From positions 132,314 through 196,313 of the forward strand of contig CAZXQA010000001.1 of assembly GCA_964642835.1 (NCBI GenBank): a DNA stretch of 64,000 nucleotides, in the 5' to 3' direction. The notes beneath the pieces were generated by a model. That model was given only the letters and a program-made list of their open reading frames with translations, searched no databases and had not been told where the DNA came from. A program made the position numbers and the translations under genes. Shown in pieces: positions 27,060 through 36,772 of the stretch; position 1 is the stretch's first letter; each line of letters opens with the position of its first letter. Source of the stretch: an uncultured Candidatus Saccharibacteria bacterium. Its GTDB lineage: Bacteria > Patescibacteriota > Minisyncoccia > Phycocordibacterales > Zambryskibacteraceae.

Positions 27060-29354
27060 ATGCATACACAAACATACAACGTAAAAGGAATGCATTGTGC
27101 CTCATGCTCATCTGTTATTGAAAAAACATTCAAGAAAGTCGAAGGTGTGCATTCTGCAGAAGTGAACTATGGTACTGAAAAAGCGAAAGTTTCTTTTGAT
27201 CCTTCCAAAACTAGTCCTCATGATCTCTCTAAGCACATCGAACCCCTTGGATATTCGCTCGAAGTACCTGAAACAGCGATGGAAATGGGTATGTCCGAAA
27301 GTGAGCATGCAGCCCATCTTGGACTTAATCAGTCAAAAAAGGAAAAGCTCGCCGAAGTCGCGGACATGCGAACAAAGGTGCTCTCTGCAATTCCTTTGGC
27401 AATCTTTGCAGCTCTCATTATGGGCTGGGACATTCTCGCTGAGTACAGCATTGTCCCTGCGATGAGCTATACACTCAAGGAATTTTTTCACCATCTCCTT
27501 CCAATATTTGCTACCTACATTCTTTTTGTAGTAGGTAAGCCATACCTTCTTGGTTTTTATAGATTTCTCCGATATGGCAAAGCGAATATGGATACGCTTA
27601 TTGGTATTGGTACGGTAGCCGCTTTTTTATACAGTTTCGCCGTCAGTGCTTTTGAGGATGTTCTTAAGCCATTTATTAACGTCGAATATCAATACTACGA
27701 TGTAACAATTGTAGTCATTACCTTTATCGCGCTTGGTAAATACCTTGAGGCAAGGTCTAAAATTAAAACAGGAGATGCCATCGAAAAGCTTCTCAATCTT
27801 CAAGCGAAAACGGCATTGGTTGTTCGTGATGGAAAGGAAATCGAGATTTCAGTAAATGATGTAAAGCACGGAGATTTGATCATTGTAAAGCCAGGAGCAA
27901 AAATTCCTGTTGATGGTGTGATCATTGAAGGCTCATCTTTTATTGATGAATCGATGGTTACAGGAGAGCCAATGCCTGCTCAGAAAAAGATTGGTGACAA
28001 TGTCGTATCTGGGACAATAAATACAAGTGGATCATTCACTTTTAAAGCCACTAAGGTTGGTTCAGAGACATTGCTCGCACAGATTATAAAGATGGTTGAA
28101 GATGCTCAAGGAAGTAAAGCACCAATACAGGCGCTGGCAGACAAGATATCAGCAATCTTTGTACCTATAGTTCTAATAGTCGCTTTTCTTTCCCTTGGTG
28201 CGTGGCTTATTATTGGGTCGCAATATTTGGGCTTTTCCCAAGCACTTTCATTCGGTCTTGTATCCTTTGTTGGAATCCTGGTAATAGCCTGTCCGTGTGC
28301 GCTTGGTCTCGCTACTCCAACTGCAATAATCGTCGGAGTTGGCAAAGGTGCTAAGGAAGGAATTCTTATCAAAGATGCGGCTACTCTCGAAAAACTCCAC
28401 AAGGTAAACACAGTTGTGGTCGACAAGACAGGAACAATCACCAAGGGAAAGCCGACACTTGTCGATATACAAAACTTCTCAAACTTGAAAGAGGATGAAT
28501 TTGTTTCAATTCTCGCTTCGCTTGAGAAAAAATCAGAGCATCCGATCGCACACGCAATCGTAAGCTACGCACAAGAGAAAAATATCTCAATATCTGATGT
28601 TCCAAACTTTGAAGGAATACAAGGAAAGGGTCTTAAGGGAAAGATTACAGACACTGAATATTTTGTAGGCAATGCAAAACTTGTGAGTGATCTCAAGATT
28701 TCATTTGACGCTAATAAGTTAGATGAGTTTACTTCACAAGGAAAAACACCAGTCATTCTTGCCACAAATGAAAAAGTTCTTGGTTTCGTGATGGTGGCAG
28801 ATGAAATCAAGACCGAGTCAGTAGAGGCTATTAAAAATCTTCACGCTCTCGGCATAAAGGTAGTTATGCTTACAGGAGATGATGAAAAGACTGCAAAGTA
28901 TATCGGGTCACTCGTCGGTATCGATGATGTTGTAGCTCATGTGTTACCGCAGGATAAGCTTGAAAAAATAAAAGAACTTCAATCGCAAGGTCGTATTGTT
29001 GCTATGGCTGGTGATGGAGTGAACGATGCACCTGCGCTTGCTCAGGCTGATGTAGGGATTGCGATGGGTACGGGTACGGATGTTGCGATCGAGTCTGCAG
29101 GCATCACACTTCTTGGCGGTGATATTTCAAAGCTTGTAAAAGCTATCAAGCTTTCCAAGATCACTATGCGAGGAATCAAGCAAAATCTTTTCTGGGCATT
29201 CGTCTACAACATTGTCGGTATACCACTCGCCGCAGGTGTTTTCTATCCAATCTTTGGTTGGCTTTTGAATCCTATCTTTGCTGGGTTAGCTATGGCGATG
29301 TCGTCAGTCTCCGTAGTGTCGAATTCGCTTCGCATTAAAGCTAAGAAATTATAA
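27060..29354 (+). CDS. copA: copper-translocating P1B-type ATPase
   Basis: 764 aa. N-terminal HMA (GMHCASCSSV), CPC (ACPCALGLATP), DKTGTIT, GDGVNDAP. Confidence 0.95.
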   Translation: MHTQTYNVKGMHCASCSSVIEKTFKKVEGVHSAEVNYGTEKAKVSFDPSKTSPHDLSKHIEPLGYSLEVPETAMEMGMSESEHAAHLGLNQSKKEKLAEVADMRTKVLSAIPLAIFAALIMGWDILAEYSIVPAMSYTLKEFFHHLLPIFATYILFVVGKPYLLGFYRFLRYGKANMDTLIGIGTVAAFLYSFAVSAFEDVLKPFINVEYQYYDVTIVVITFIALGKYLEARSKIKTGDAIEKLLNLQAKTALVVRDGKEIEISVNDVKHGDLIIVKPGAKIPVDGVIIEGSSFIDESMVTGEPMPAQKKIGDNVVSGTINTSGSFTFKATKVGSETLLAQIIKMVEDAQGSKAPIQALADKISAIFVPIVLIVAFLSLGAWLIIGSQYLGFSQALSFGLVSFVGILVIACPCALGLATPTAIIVGVGKGAKEGILIKDAATLEKLHKVNTVVVDKTGTITKGKPTLVDIQNFSNLKEDEFVSILASLEKKSEHPIAHAIVSYAQEKNISISDVPNFEGIQGKGLKGKITDTEYFVGNAKLVSDLKISFDANKLDEFTSQGKTPVILATNEKVLGFVMVADEIKTESVEAIKNLHALGIKVVMLTGDDEKTAKYIGSLVGIDDVVAHVLPQDKLEKIKELQSQGRIVAMAGDGVNDAPALAQADVGIAMGTGTDVAIESAGITLLGGDISKLVKAIKLSKITMRGIKQNLFWAFVYNIVGIPLAAGVFYPIFGWLLNPIFAGLAMAMSSVSVVSNSLRIKAKKL

Positions 29355-29356
29355 TT

Positions 29357-30364
29357 ATGAAAGCATACACATTACACGTATCGGGTACCCACTGTGCGTC
29401 ATGCAAAATCTTAATCGAAGATGTTTTAAATGATCAATATTATATTAGTAGTGCACAAGTAGATTTAAAAAATCAAACCTTACATATAGAAACTGTGAGT
29501 GAGAAATCTCCAGAAGAATTAGCAGTTTTACTTACTGAGAAGATAAGGCCAAACGGTTATACAGTATCAGTAGAAAAGGTTTTGATAGAAAAACAAAAAG
29601 ATGATGTTATCTGGAAAGCACTACCTATAGGGTTAGTATTCTTAATACTTTTCTTTGTATTACAAAAGTCAGGGCTATTAAATCTTGGTATCGGTGGTAC
29701 AACCACGCCTGCCACAAGTTTCATCATTGGGTTAATCGCATCTGTATCAAGTTGTCTTGCGGTGGTTGGAGGACTTGTTCTATCACTCTCAGCAAAAATC
29801 TCTCAAGACGATGTAAGTGATACAAAAACTTTCATACTTTTCCATATCGGAAGACTCGTTAGTTTTGCGCTCCTTGGCGGAGTGCTTGGCTTAGTTGGGA
29901 GTGCTATAGGAATCAGTTTTACTTTTACTGCAATCCTAGGGATTGTTGCGTCAACAGTAATGCTCCTATTGGGACTTAATCTAGTCGGAGTGTTCAAAAA
30001 GAATAAAGTTGCGTTACCTTCAGGAATTTTTAACTTCTTCCGCAAAATCGAACACAAGACTCTAACTCCTTTAATAATTGGATTTGCTACATTCTTCTTA
30101 CCTTGTGGCTTTACTCAGTCGATGCAAGTAGTAGCACTATCTAGCGGTTCATTTATTTCAGGATTACTTATTATGCTTGCGTTTGCTCTCGGTACGCTCC
30201 CAATGCTTTTGCTCCTGTCGTTTGGGGGAGCATCACTTGCTCATGGGAAACATGCACCACTTTTCTTTAAATCTGCTGGAGTGGTAGTGATAGGTCTTGG
30301 AATATTTGCACTGCTTGCAGGTCTGGCAGGACTCGGAATTATTAATCCTTTATTTAATATATAA
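29357..30364 (+). CDS. HMA-domain fused membrane protein (TauE/SafE- or DsbD_2-like 6-8 TM permease), putative copper handling
   Basis: 335 aa. N-terminal GTHCASCKILIE HMA domain, then a polytopic region with conserved Cys pairs (SSCLAV, LPCGF). Confidence 0.65.
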   Translation: MKAYTLHVSGTHCASCKILIEDVLNDQYYISSAQVDLKNQTLHIETVSEKSPEELAVLLTEKIRPNGYTVSVEKVLIEKQKDDVIWKALPIGLVFLILFFVLQKSGLLNLGIGGTTTPATSFIIGLIASVSSCLAVVGGLVLSLSAKISQDDVSDTKTFILFHIGRLVSFALLGGVLGLVGSAIGISFTFTAILGIVASTVMLLLGLNLVGVFKKNKVALPSGIFNFFRKIEHKTLTPLIIGFATFFLPCGFTQSMQVVALSSGSFISGLLIMLAFALGTLPMLLLLSFGGASLAHGKHAPLFFKSAGVVVIGLGIFALLAGLAGLGIINPLFNI

Positions 30365-30372
30365 TTAACTTT

Positions 30373-30768
30373 ATGAATAAAATCGCTTTATCAATTATTA
30401 CTATCGGACTCATTGTTGGAATTGGTGTTATTTTTGTAGGATCGAAGGATGGCGACAAAACTGCATTAACACAGTCTATGCAAAATGTTGAAGTAAAAGA
30501 TGGGATTCAATACATAACTATCGACGCTAAAGGTGGATATTCTCCAAAACTCTCTAATGCAAAGGCTGACATTCCTACCAAGTTGATCGTGAAAACAAAC
30601 GGAACTTATGACTGCTCTTCTTCACTTGTAATCAAGTCATTGGGATATCAAAAGATATTAGCGCAAACTGGAGAAGAGATGATTGATGTTGGAACACCTA
30701 AAGCAGGAGAACCACTTCAAGGAGTTTGTGGTATGGGGATGTATAGCTTCGTAGTTAATTTTAGCTAA
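30373..30768 (+). CDS. membrane-anchored cupredoxin-like copper-binding protein
   Basis: 131 aa. N-terminal TM, C-terminal C…GVCGMGMYSF Cys/Met cluster as in Cupredoxin_1-type proteins of cop operons. Confidence 0.45.
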   Translation: MNKIALSIITIGLIVGIGVIFVGSKDGDKTALTQSMQNVEVKDGIQYITIDAKGGYSPKLSNAKADIPTKLIVKTNGTYDCSSSLVIKSLGYQKILAQTGEEMIDVGTPKAGEPLQGVCGMGMYSFVVNFS

Positions 30769-32050
30769 TGCATATATTTTTTTCTTTTAGCAGTATTTTG
30801 CTTTTAAAACAGGTAAGCAGTTCTCGTTTCTCTTCAACTGTTCCATCTTTCAGTATGAATTTAGCGTAATCTCTAATATCCACGTCTTTAACTTGTATTT
30901 GCTGTTTAATACCTAAGATAGATTGCTGGAACTTCTTTATGCGCTCGACCTCATATTTTATTTTCTCTCTCATGCCTATTTCATTAAGATTTATATGAGT
31001 AAGGATCTTCACAAACTGTTGTATTAGGTCAGTTTCCTTGATATAACCACATTTGCAATCCTTGTCTTTAGATTTCGTGCATCCATAATAAACATGTCTG
31101 TTCACTGATCCGTCTTTCAGCTTCTTAAACTTTTCATCAGCACATATTCCAGAGCCACACAAAGCGCATGTCATTATTTTGGTGAACGCAAATTCTTTTG
31201 GTTCCTGTACCCGTAATATCTGACTTTTAATTTGCTGTTGAACTTGGTCAAATAACTCTTTTGAAATTATTGCTTCATGAACTCCTTTGTACCAAAGCCC
31301 ACTCTTTCTAGGATATTCAAATGAACCGTAATAGAAGTCGTTTTGTAAAAGAAGATAGATGTTGCTCAAAGTCAGACCCTTGTTTCCGTTAGGTGTTTTA
31401 AAGTTCAACTCGAACTTGAGCCAGTTATAAATTTTGCGACCGCTCCATTTCTCATAGGCAACTTTCTCAAACATCTTCCTTATGATTGGCCCTCGTTCTG
31501 GATCTATGTAAACATGACCTTTGCGGTCGACTCGCTTTTCATTGAGATACCCCATCGGAGCGGGGGCGGGCCATAAACCCATCTCGCAACGAGTCCTCAG
31601 CCCACGCTTCACGTTGATGCTCTTGTTGTCATTCTCAAGCTTTGCCTGAGAACAGAGAATCATTAATAGGAACTTCTCGCTTGGAGTATTCGTAAACGTC
31701 TGACCATAAGTGCGTATCTGAACCAGAAGTTTCTGATCCATTAAGTCCACTAGAGAACCTAGATCTCCCGCATTTCTACTCAACCTATCTGGATGCCAAA
31801 CAATGATTCCATTAAATCGCTGTCTTCTTAAGTCTTCCAAGATTTCTTTGAAGACTGGTCTTTGTCCTGAATCTTTTGCAGAGTGCGCCTCTCTTCGTAT
31901 GTCTATAACATCAAGATTTTCTCTTTCGGCTATGGCTAGCATTTCCTTAACTTGGGATTCGATTGAAAGGGCTTGCTTCTCGTCTTGTTCAGTGGATTTA
32001 CGAGCATAGAGAACGTACTTAACTCTTGGGGCTGGTTGTGTGGTTTCCAT
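30761..32050 (-). CDS. large serine recombinase (integrase/resolvase family)
   Basis: 429 aa. N-terminal resolvase catalytic domain (YVLYARKSTEQDEKQALSIESQ, catalytic Ser), recombinase domain, C-terminal Cys-rich zinc ribbon (CALCG…CTKSKDKDCKC). Confidence 0.9.
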   Translation of the reverse strand: METTQPAPRVKYVLYARKSTEQDEKQALSIESQVKEMLAIAERENLDVIDIRREAHSAKDSGQRPVFKEILEDLRRQRFNGIIVWHPDRLSRNAGDLGSLVDLMDQKLLVQIRTYGQTFTNTPSEKFLLMILCSQAKLENDNKSINVKRGLRTRCEMGLWPAPAPMGYLNEKRVDRKGHVYIDPERGPIIRKMFEKVAYEKWSGRKIYNWLKFELNFKTPNGNKGLTLSNIYLLLQNDFYYGSFEYPRKSGLWYKGVHEAIISKELFDQVQQQIKSQILRVQEPKEFAFTKIMTCALCGSGICADEKFKKLKDGSVNRHVYYGCTKSKDKDCKCGYIKETDLIQQFVKILTHINLNEIGMREKIKYEVERIKKFQQSILGIKQQIQVKDVDIRDYAKFILKDGTVEEKRELLTCFKSKILLKEKNICIS

Positions 32051-32365
32051 GTATATATTGGTGCCAGACCAGTAAACCCTGCATAGCTATGCAGACTAGG
32101 GAATTCGTCGCATACTCGCTATGGGCCTTAGCAAGATTGACCCACTAAGATATAATGTTATGGTGTGAAAGTTTAAGTGCTGTGGCCTAAACTCTTGGTG
32201 CGAATCAGGAGCATGGTCAAAAATCATAGGACATAAAGAACCCATCATTAGGGCATGTCCTATGTTATAGGGGGAAACTCCTATAGGGGGCTTCGGCCTC
32301 TCCTAGTGGTGGGCTTTTTGTTACAAAAAAACCACCATTAATTATTACTTTAATCTTAATAATTT

Positions 32366-32668
32366 ATGGAATTTTGGATCTGGGCACTACTAATTATCGC
32401 TCTGTACTTTGCGCCAACAATTACTGCTTACGATAAGAAAAAGAAGAATACTGGGGCAATATTTGCCCTCAACTTCTTTCTTGGTTGGACTTTGGTAGGT
32501 TGGGTGGTCGCGTTAGTTTGGGCTACTACCGTTGAGAAAGAAGAAAGGGTAGAGGTTGTAAGGGGATCATCAAGTATTGATGATTTACACAAGTTAGCAG
32601 AACTAAAAGAGAAAGGACTTATCAGCGAAGAAGAGTTCAACAAAAAGAAGCAACAAGTGCTTGGTTAG
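32366..32668 (+). CDS. superinfection immunity protein (Imm_superinfect) fused to SHOCT domain
   Basis: 100 aa. YFAPTITAYDKKKKNTGAIFALNFFLGWTLVGWVVALVWA matches the phage superinfection-immunity family. C-terminal SIDDLHKLAELKEKGLISEEEFNKKK is a SHOCT motif. Confidence 0.75.
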   Translation: MEFWIWALLIIALYFAPTITAYDKKKKNTGAIFALNFFLGWTLVGWVVALVWATTVEKEERVEVVRGSSSIDDLHKLAELKEKGLISEEEFNKKKQQVLG

Positions 32669-33216
32669 TTTTTCTGGGGCTTGTTTCTTTTCTCCTCATA
32701 TTCTTTCTTCCATTCCTCAAAGAGTTCTCTTGCCCTCTTCTCTCTATCGTGATCCATAACCTTTTTCCACTTGTCCATCCATTTTTGTGCCTGATTTGCA
32801 GCTTCTTCGTTTCTTATGCGATTTTTTTCTGTGATCGTATATTTTATTTCCTCTTCAATCTGGCGTTTCTTTACTCCTTCCAAGGTGGAGCGGAAGTGAG
32901 AGATCAGATCATCAGAATCAACCTTAAAGACGTATGGCCTTCTGAAATCAGGGTGCCTGTGACTCAACCAATACTTTGTGTACATAGGATCCTTTTTCTT
33001 GATGCCATCAAGAACATTACTTACGGCCACATCACTCACTAACCCAGTGCCAAGAGACAAGGCCTCGTTAACCTGGGAGAGAAATTCTTTATCTTCTTTC
33101 ATCCAGCGATAGAAGGTATTTCTTGAGACACCCACCTTTTCGCAAGCTCCCAGAATAAGGCCTGTTTTCTCAAGCTCCTCTATAAGTCTATTCACTAGTG
33201 CCTTTGTCTTTTTCAT
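32665..33216 (-). CDS. HTH-domain protein, possible phage terminase small subunit
   Basis: 183 aa. N-terminal ACEKVGVSRNTFYRWMKEDKEF homeodomain-like HTH, highly charged C-terminal coiled region. No large terminase subunit nearby. Confidence 0.35.
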   Translation of the reverse strand: MKKTKALVNRLIEELEKTGLILGACEKVGVSRNTFYRWMKEDKEFLSQVNEALSLGTGLVSDVAVSNVLDGIKKKDPMYTKYWLSHRHPDFRRPYVFKVDSDDLISHFRSTLEGVKKRQIEEEIKYTITEKNRIRNEEAANQAQKWMDKWKKVMDHDREKRARELFEEWKKEYEEKRNKPQKN

Positions 33217-34474
33217 AGAGGGCTTTTTCTCCAGTTAATTTTTCCCATCTCCGCACAATCAGGTCGCAGAACTTTGGTTCCAGTTCACAACCATATACTC
33301 GTCGTTTAAGGATCTCTCCCGCAATCAAAGTGCTGCCAGATCCCAAGAAGCTGTCTAAGATGATGTCATTAGGCCTTGTACAGCGTTTAATAGCCTTCTC
33401 ATGGAGTTCTGGTGGCTTTGAGGTGGCGTGTTCGTATTCTTTGGCACCAAGGCGTTTAACTGCCCAGATATCGCCGATTTCATCGAGCATGTCGTTGCCG
33501 CTGGTTACTTCCTTGTTCATGACCTCATTGAGATCTTGTCTCAAATCAGAAAGGAATGGAGATCCGCGAGTGCCGTAAGTGCACGGTTCATAGCATTTGT
33601 TGAAAGCGGAAGTTGGGGTGGGGTTGTGTCCGTTCTTAATCCAGAGACAAACTCTCTTGTTTGCGATACCAAGCTCCTGATACAGGGTTTGCATGAGCCA
33701 GATATAACGCTGGTCAGACCAGTAGAAGATATGAAGATCGTTCTTAGAGACTGACAAGGCATTCTCAAGAGACTGCCTGATGAGATTTTTATAATCCCCC
33801 TCTTTTTGATTGTCGTTTACTTTGCCTCCGTAGCCTTTCTTCTTGCTTATGCCTTTGTCGTAGTCGATGCCGATGTTGTAGATCGGATCGGAGTAGATCA
33901 TGGATGCTTTATCTTTCCCTAAGAGTTTCTTAAGGTTTTCTTTATCAGTTGAATCTCCACAGAGAACTCGGTGCTTACCGAGTATGATAAGGTCGCCTAA
34001 CTTTGTTGTAGGCTCTTTAATATTCTTAAGTTCCTTCTCAACGTCGAAGTCTTCTTCTGCAACTTCCTTTTCTCTATCGAAGATGTTGGCGAGCTCAAGT
34101 CCATCAAAGCCTGCGAATTCGAGGGTATCGAAATCGAAGGATTTAAGGAGTTCAAAGTCCCAATCACCGCCGAGCTTGTTTGAGGCAATCAGGTATTCTT
34201 TCGATTCTTCCACTGTGAGCTTGCGATTGGGGACACGGACGTCGATTAATTCTTCTCCACGCCCAAGAAGCTGAAGAGCTTTAATGCGCTGATGTCCGGC
34301 AAGGATAGTGCCATCAGTATCAACCGCAGGAATCTCTACAAGATTGTATTTCTTGAGACTTCTTTTAAGATCCGACATCTGTTTGTCGGTAATTGTGCGA
34401 GGATTTACCTCTTGGGGAACAAGGTCGTTAACACGGTAACAATCTGTACGCCATTCTAACTTTAAGTTTTTCAT
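33188..34474 (-). CDS. ParB-like nuclease domain fused to DNA N6-adenine/N4-cytosine methyltransferase (beta class)
   Basis: Start taken at MKNLKLEW (ATG 34474). ParB/Srx motif LAGHQRIKAL. MTase motif IV SDPIYNIG (DPPY-like) precedes motif I ILDSFLGSGSTLIAGE (beta-class order). Typical phage/plasmid orphan methylase. Confidence 0.85.
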   Translation of the reverse strand: MKNLKLEWRTDCYRVNDLVPQEVNPRTITDKQMSDLKRSLKKYNLVEIPAVDTDGTILAGHQRIKALQLLGRGEELIDVRVPNRKLTVEESKEYLIASNKLGGDWDFELLKSFDFDTLEFAGFDGLELANIFDREKEVAEEDFDVEKELKNIKEPTTKLGDLIILGKHRVLCGDSTDKENLKKLLGKDKASMIYSDPIYNIGIDYDKGISKKKGYGGKVNDNQKEGDYKNLIRQSLENALSVSKNDLHIFYWSDQRYIWLMQTLYQELGIANKRVCLWIKNGHNPTPTSAFNKCYEPCTYGTRGSPFLSDLRQDLNEVMNKEVTSGNDMLDEIGDIWAVKRLGAKEYEHATSKPPELHEKAIKRCTRPNDIILDSFLGSGSTLIAGEILKRRVYGCELEPKFCDLIVRRWEKLTGEKALYEKDKGTSE

Positions 34475-34823
34475 GACTTTAAAACCTATTTTGTTAATGC
34501 GTACAAACAAAAACACCAACTTTTTGAATTGGTGTTTTTGCGGGATAACGAAAGCAATAACAACAACCAAAAAGGCTGTAACTATTACTTCCGTCAAAAA
34601 GAATCGTACCTAGACGCACTTTCGTGCCGGTAATTAACGTTCTACGGCTTTTGACTTATAACCGAATCGATGCCGGAGCAGACCCACTTTCCGTGTAAGG
34701 GTCTCAAAGAAGACAATTGATGTTTTGTGAATGTACTACTGTAATTATAAGACATGTATTTACTAGTTAGTAACTAGAGTTGTTGATAAAGAAGGTGTAT
34801 GCTAATCCCAAGAAAAACTTAAT

Positions 34824-36500
34824 ATGTCAATAAAGATTGTCCACGAAGAAATAAAACGTTTCTTGGAAAATGACGAACCAGAGGTTCTTTGTCTTAAGGG
34901 AAAGTGGGGCGTAGGTAAGACATATGCTTGGAATTACTTTCTTAAGGAAGCTGCAAGGAAAAAAGGTTTGGGTATGAATAAGTACGCGTATGTTTCTCTT
35001 TTTGGGCTTAAAAGTTTAGAAGAAGTTAAGTATGCATTATTTGAATCAACCGTTGCTGATGAGGCAATAGTAGATGGGCCAAGTGCAACAACCTTAGATA
35101 AGGGATTCACTTGGGTGAAAAAGAACTTGAGAAAGGGAGCTGGCTTGGTTAGTCAGAATCCTCTGGTTAAATCTTATATAGGGGAAACAGAGAAAAGCCT
35201 TTTCTTTCTAGTTAGAAATCAAGTTATTTGTATTGATGACTTAGAGCGAGCTAGTGAAGGTCTCGATATTAAAGATGTGTTTGGCCTAATTTCTTATTTA
35301 AAAGAGCAAAGGAGATGTAAGGTTGCCTTGCTTCTTAATGAAGAGAAGATTGCAGATAAAAGTGTTTATGATGAATTACTAGAAAAAGTGGTAGACACCA
35401 AGCTTGATTTCAGCCCAACTCCCTCAGAAGCATCTGATATTGTATTTCCATCACCTTCGGACAATCAAAAGTTGATACATGATAACTGCGTTAAATTAGG
35501 TATTACGAATATCAGAATCATCAAAAAGATTGAAAGGATTATTAAAAGATTTGAGGAAATTTTTGGAAAGAGTAGTTTACTAATGCCCCAAGTCGTTCGT
35601 TCAGGAACATTATTTGCATGGTCTATATATCAACCAAAAGAAGCTCCTCCTTTAGAATTTCTTGGTGATTTTGGGAGATTGAACAATTTGGGTCTGGAAA
35701 CAGACAAAGTTCCTGAATCTGAAAAGGAATGGCAACAGCTAATGAGAGAATATGGCCACTTTCAAATTGATGATTTTGACAAACAGATACTAGAAACCAT
35801 TAAAAGTGGGTACTTTAACAAAGATGTCTTACTGATTGCCGGGAAAAAACAGCTTGATGAATTCGATGAGGCGCAGGTAAAAAATGAATTTAGCCAAGCT
35901 TGGGACTTGTATCACAATTCTTTCGATCGCAACGAAAAAGAGGTGCTGGATGCAATTTATTCTTCTGCTAAGAAAGCTGCAAAGTTTATTGAGCCGTCAA
36001 ATATGGATGCAACAGTCGTATTTCTTAGAGAATTCGATAGAAAAGAGGAAGCTGAAGATTTGATTAAAACCTTCATCGAAGCTAGAGGAACTGACAAGGA
36101 AGTGGTTGATTTTGAAAACTCTTTCTTTTCAAGAGAGCTGAAAGATCAAAACTTCGCCACAGCATTAAAAAATAATGCAGAATCATTTAAGGATTCTCGT
36201 AGTCCTGCTCAGGTTCTAGAAGATGTGTATTTAAAAAGAGGTTGGAATCCAGAAGATGTACATCTTATTAACACTTTAACGAGTGCTGATTTCTATAACC
36301 TTTTTAAAAAAGCTAAAGGCATTGAAATGCATAGAATGGTGAAGATGGCTTTGGATTTTGGGAAATATACTGATGCCTCTGTAGAAATGAAAAGCATTGC
36401 CGAAAAAGCAATGCAGGCTTTGGAGAAAATTGGAAAAGAGACTCGGCTTAATGCCAAACGAGTGTCGCTTCGTGGAATTAAGGTTACCCCTGAAAAATGA
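34824..36500 (+). CDS. KAP-family P-loop NTPase
   Basis: 558 aa. LKGKWGVGKTYAWNYF Walker A and VICIDDLERA Walker B with KAP-type spacing, long helical C-terminal region. Confidence 0.7.
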   Translation: MSIKIVHEEIKRFLENDEPEVLCLKGKWGVGKTYAWNYFLKEAARKKGLGMNKYAYVSLFGLKSLEEVKYALFESTVADEAIVDGPSATTLDKGFTWVKKNLRKGAGLVSQNPLVKSYIGETEKSLFFLVRNQVICIDDLERASEGLDIKDVFGLISYLKEQRRCKVALLLNEEKIADKSVYDELLEKVVDTKLDFSPTPSEASDIVFPSPSDNQKLIHDNCVKLGITNIRIIKKIERIIKRFEEIFGKSSLLMPQVVRSGTLFAWSIYQPKEAPPLEFLGDFGRLNNLGLETDKVPESEKEWQQLMREYGHFQIDDFDKQILETIKSGYFNKDVLLIAGKKQLDEFDEAQVKNEFSQAWDLYHNSFDRNEKEVLDAIYSSAKKAAKFIEPSNMDATVVFLREFDRKEEAEDLIKTFIEARGTDKEVVDFENSFFSRELKDQNFATALKNNAESFKDSRSPAQVLEDVYLKRGWNPEDVHLINTLTSADFYNLFKKAKGIEMHRMVKMALDFGKYTDASVEMKSIAEKAMQALEKIGKETRLNAKRVSLRGIKVTPEK

Positions 36501-36512
36501 TATAATTTAACT

Positions 36513-36761
36513 ATGGCAAAAAAGGGAAATTATCATATAGTTCCTGACTCAAATAACGGCTGGGCGGTAAAAAGAGAAGGTGCTGAAAAAGTTAGTGCTT
36601 TCGCCGCTACTCAGAGAGGCGCAGAGAAGTTGGCTAAAAACTTTTCTGCCAATCATGGTGGAGGTGAGGTAGTGATACATCGTAGAGATGGAAAGATCCG
36701 AGATAAGGATACTGTTTATCCTGCCTCAGACCCATTTCCTCCAAGAGATCGACGACACTAA
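36513..36761 (+). CDS. DUF2188 domain protein
   Basis: 82 aa. YHIVPDSNNGWAVKREGAEKVSAFAATQRGAEKLAKNFS…EVVIHRRDGKIRDKDTVY matches the DUF2188 consensus across the whole length. Confidence 0.7.
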   Translation: MAKKGNYHIVPDSNNGWAVKREGAEKVSAFAATQRGAEKLAKNFSANHGGGEVVIHRRDGKIRDKDTVYPASDPFPPRDRRH

Positions 36762-36772
36762 TTCTAGTTTAG

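Noticed and set aside
33188-34597. N-terminal 41-codon extension of the ParB-methylase ORF (MTEVIVTAFLVVVIAFVIPQK…)
   Set aside because: Hydrophobic junk upstream of the conserved ParB N-terminus. ATG 34474 (MKNLKLEW) fits homologs better.
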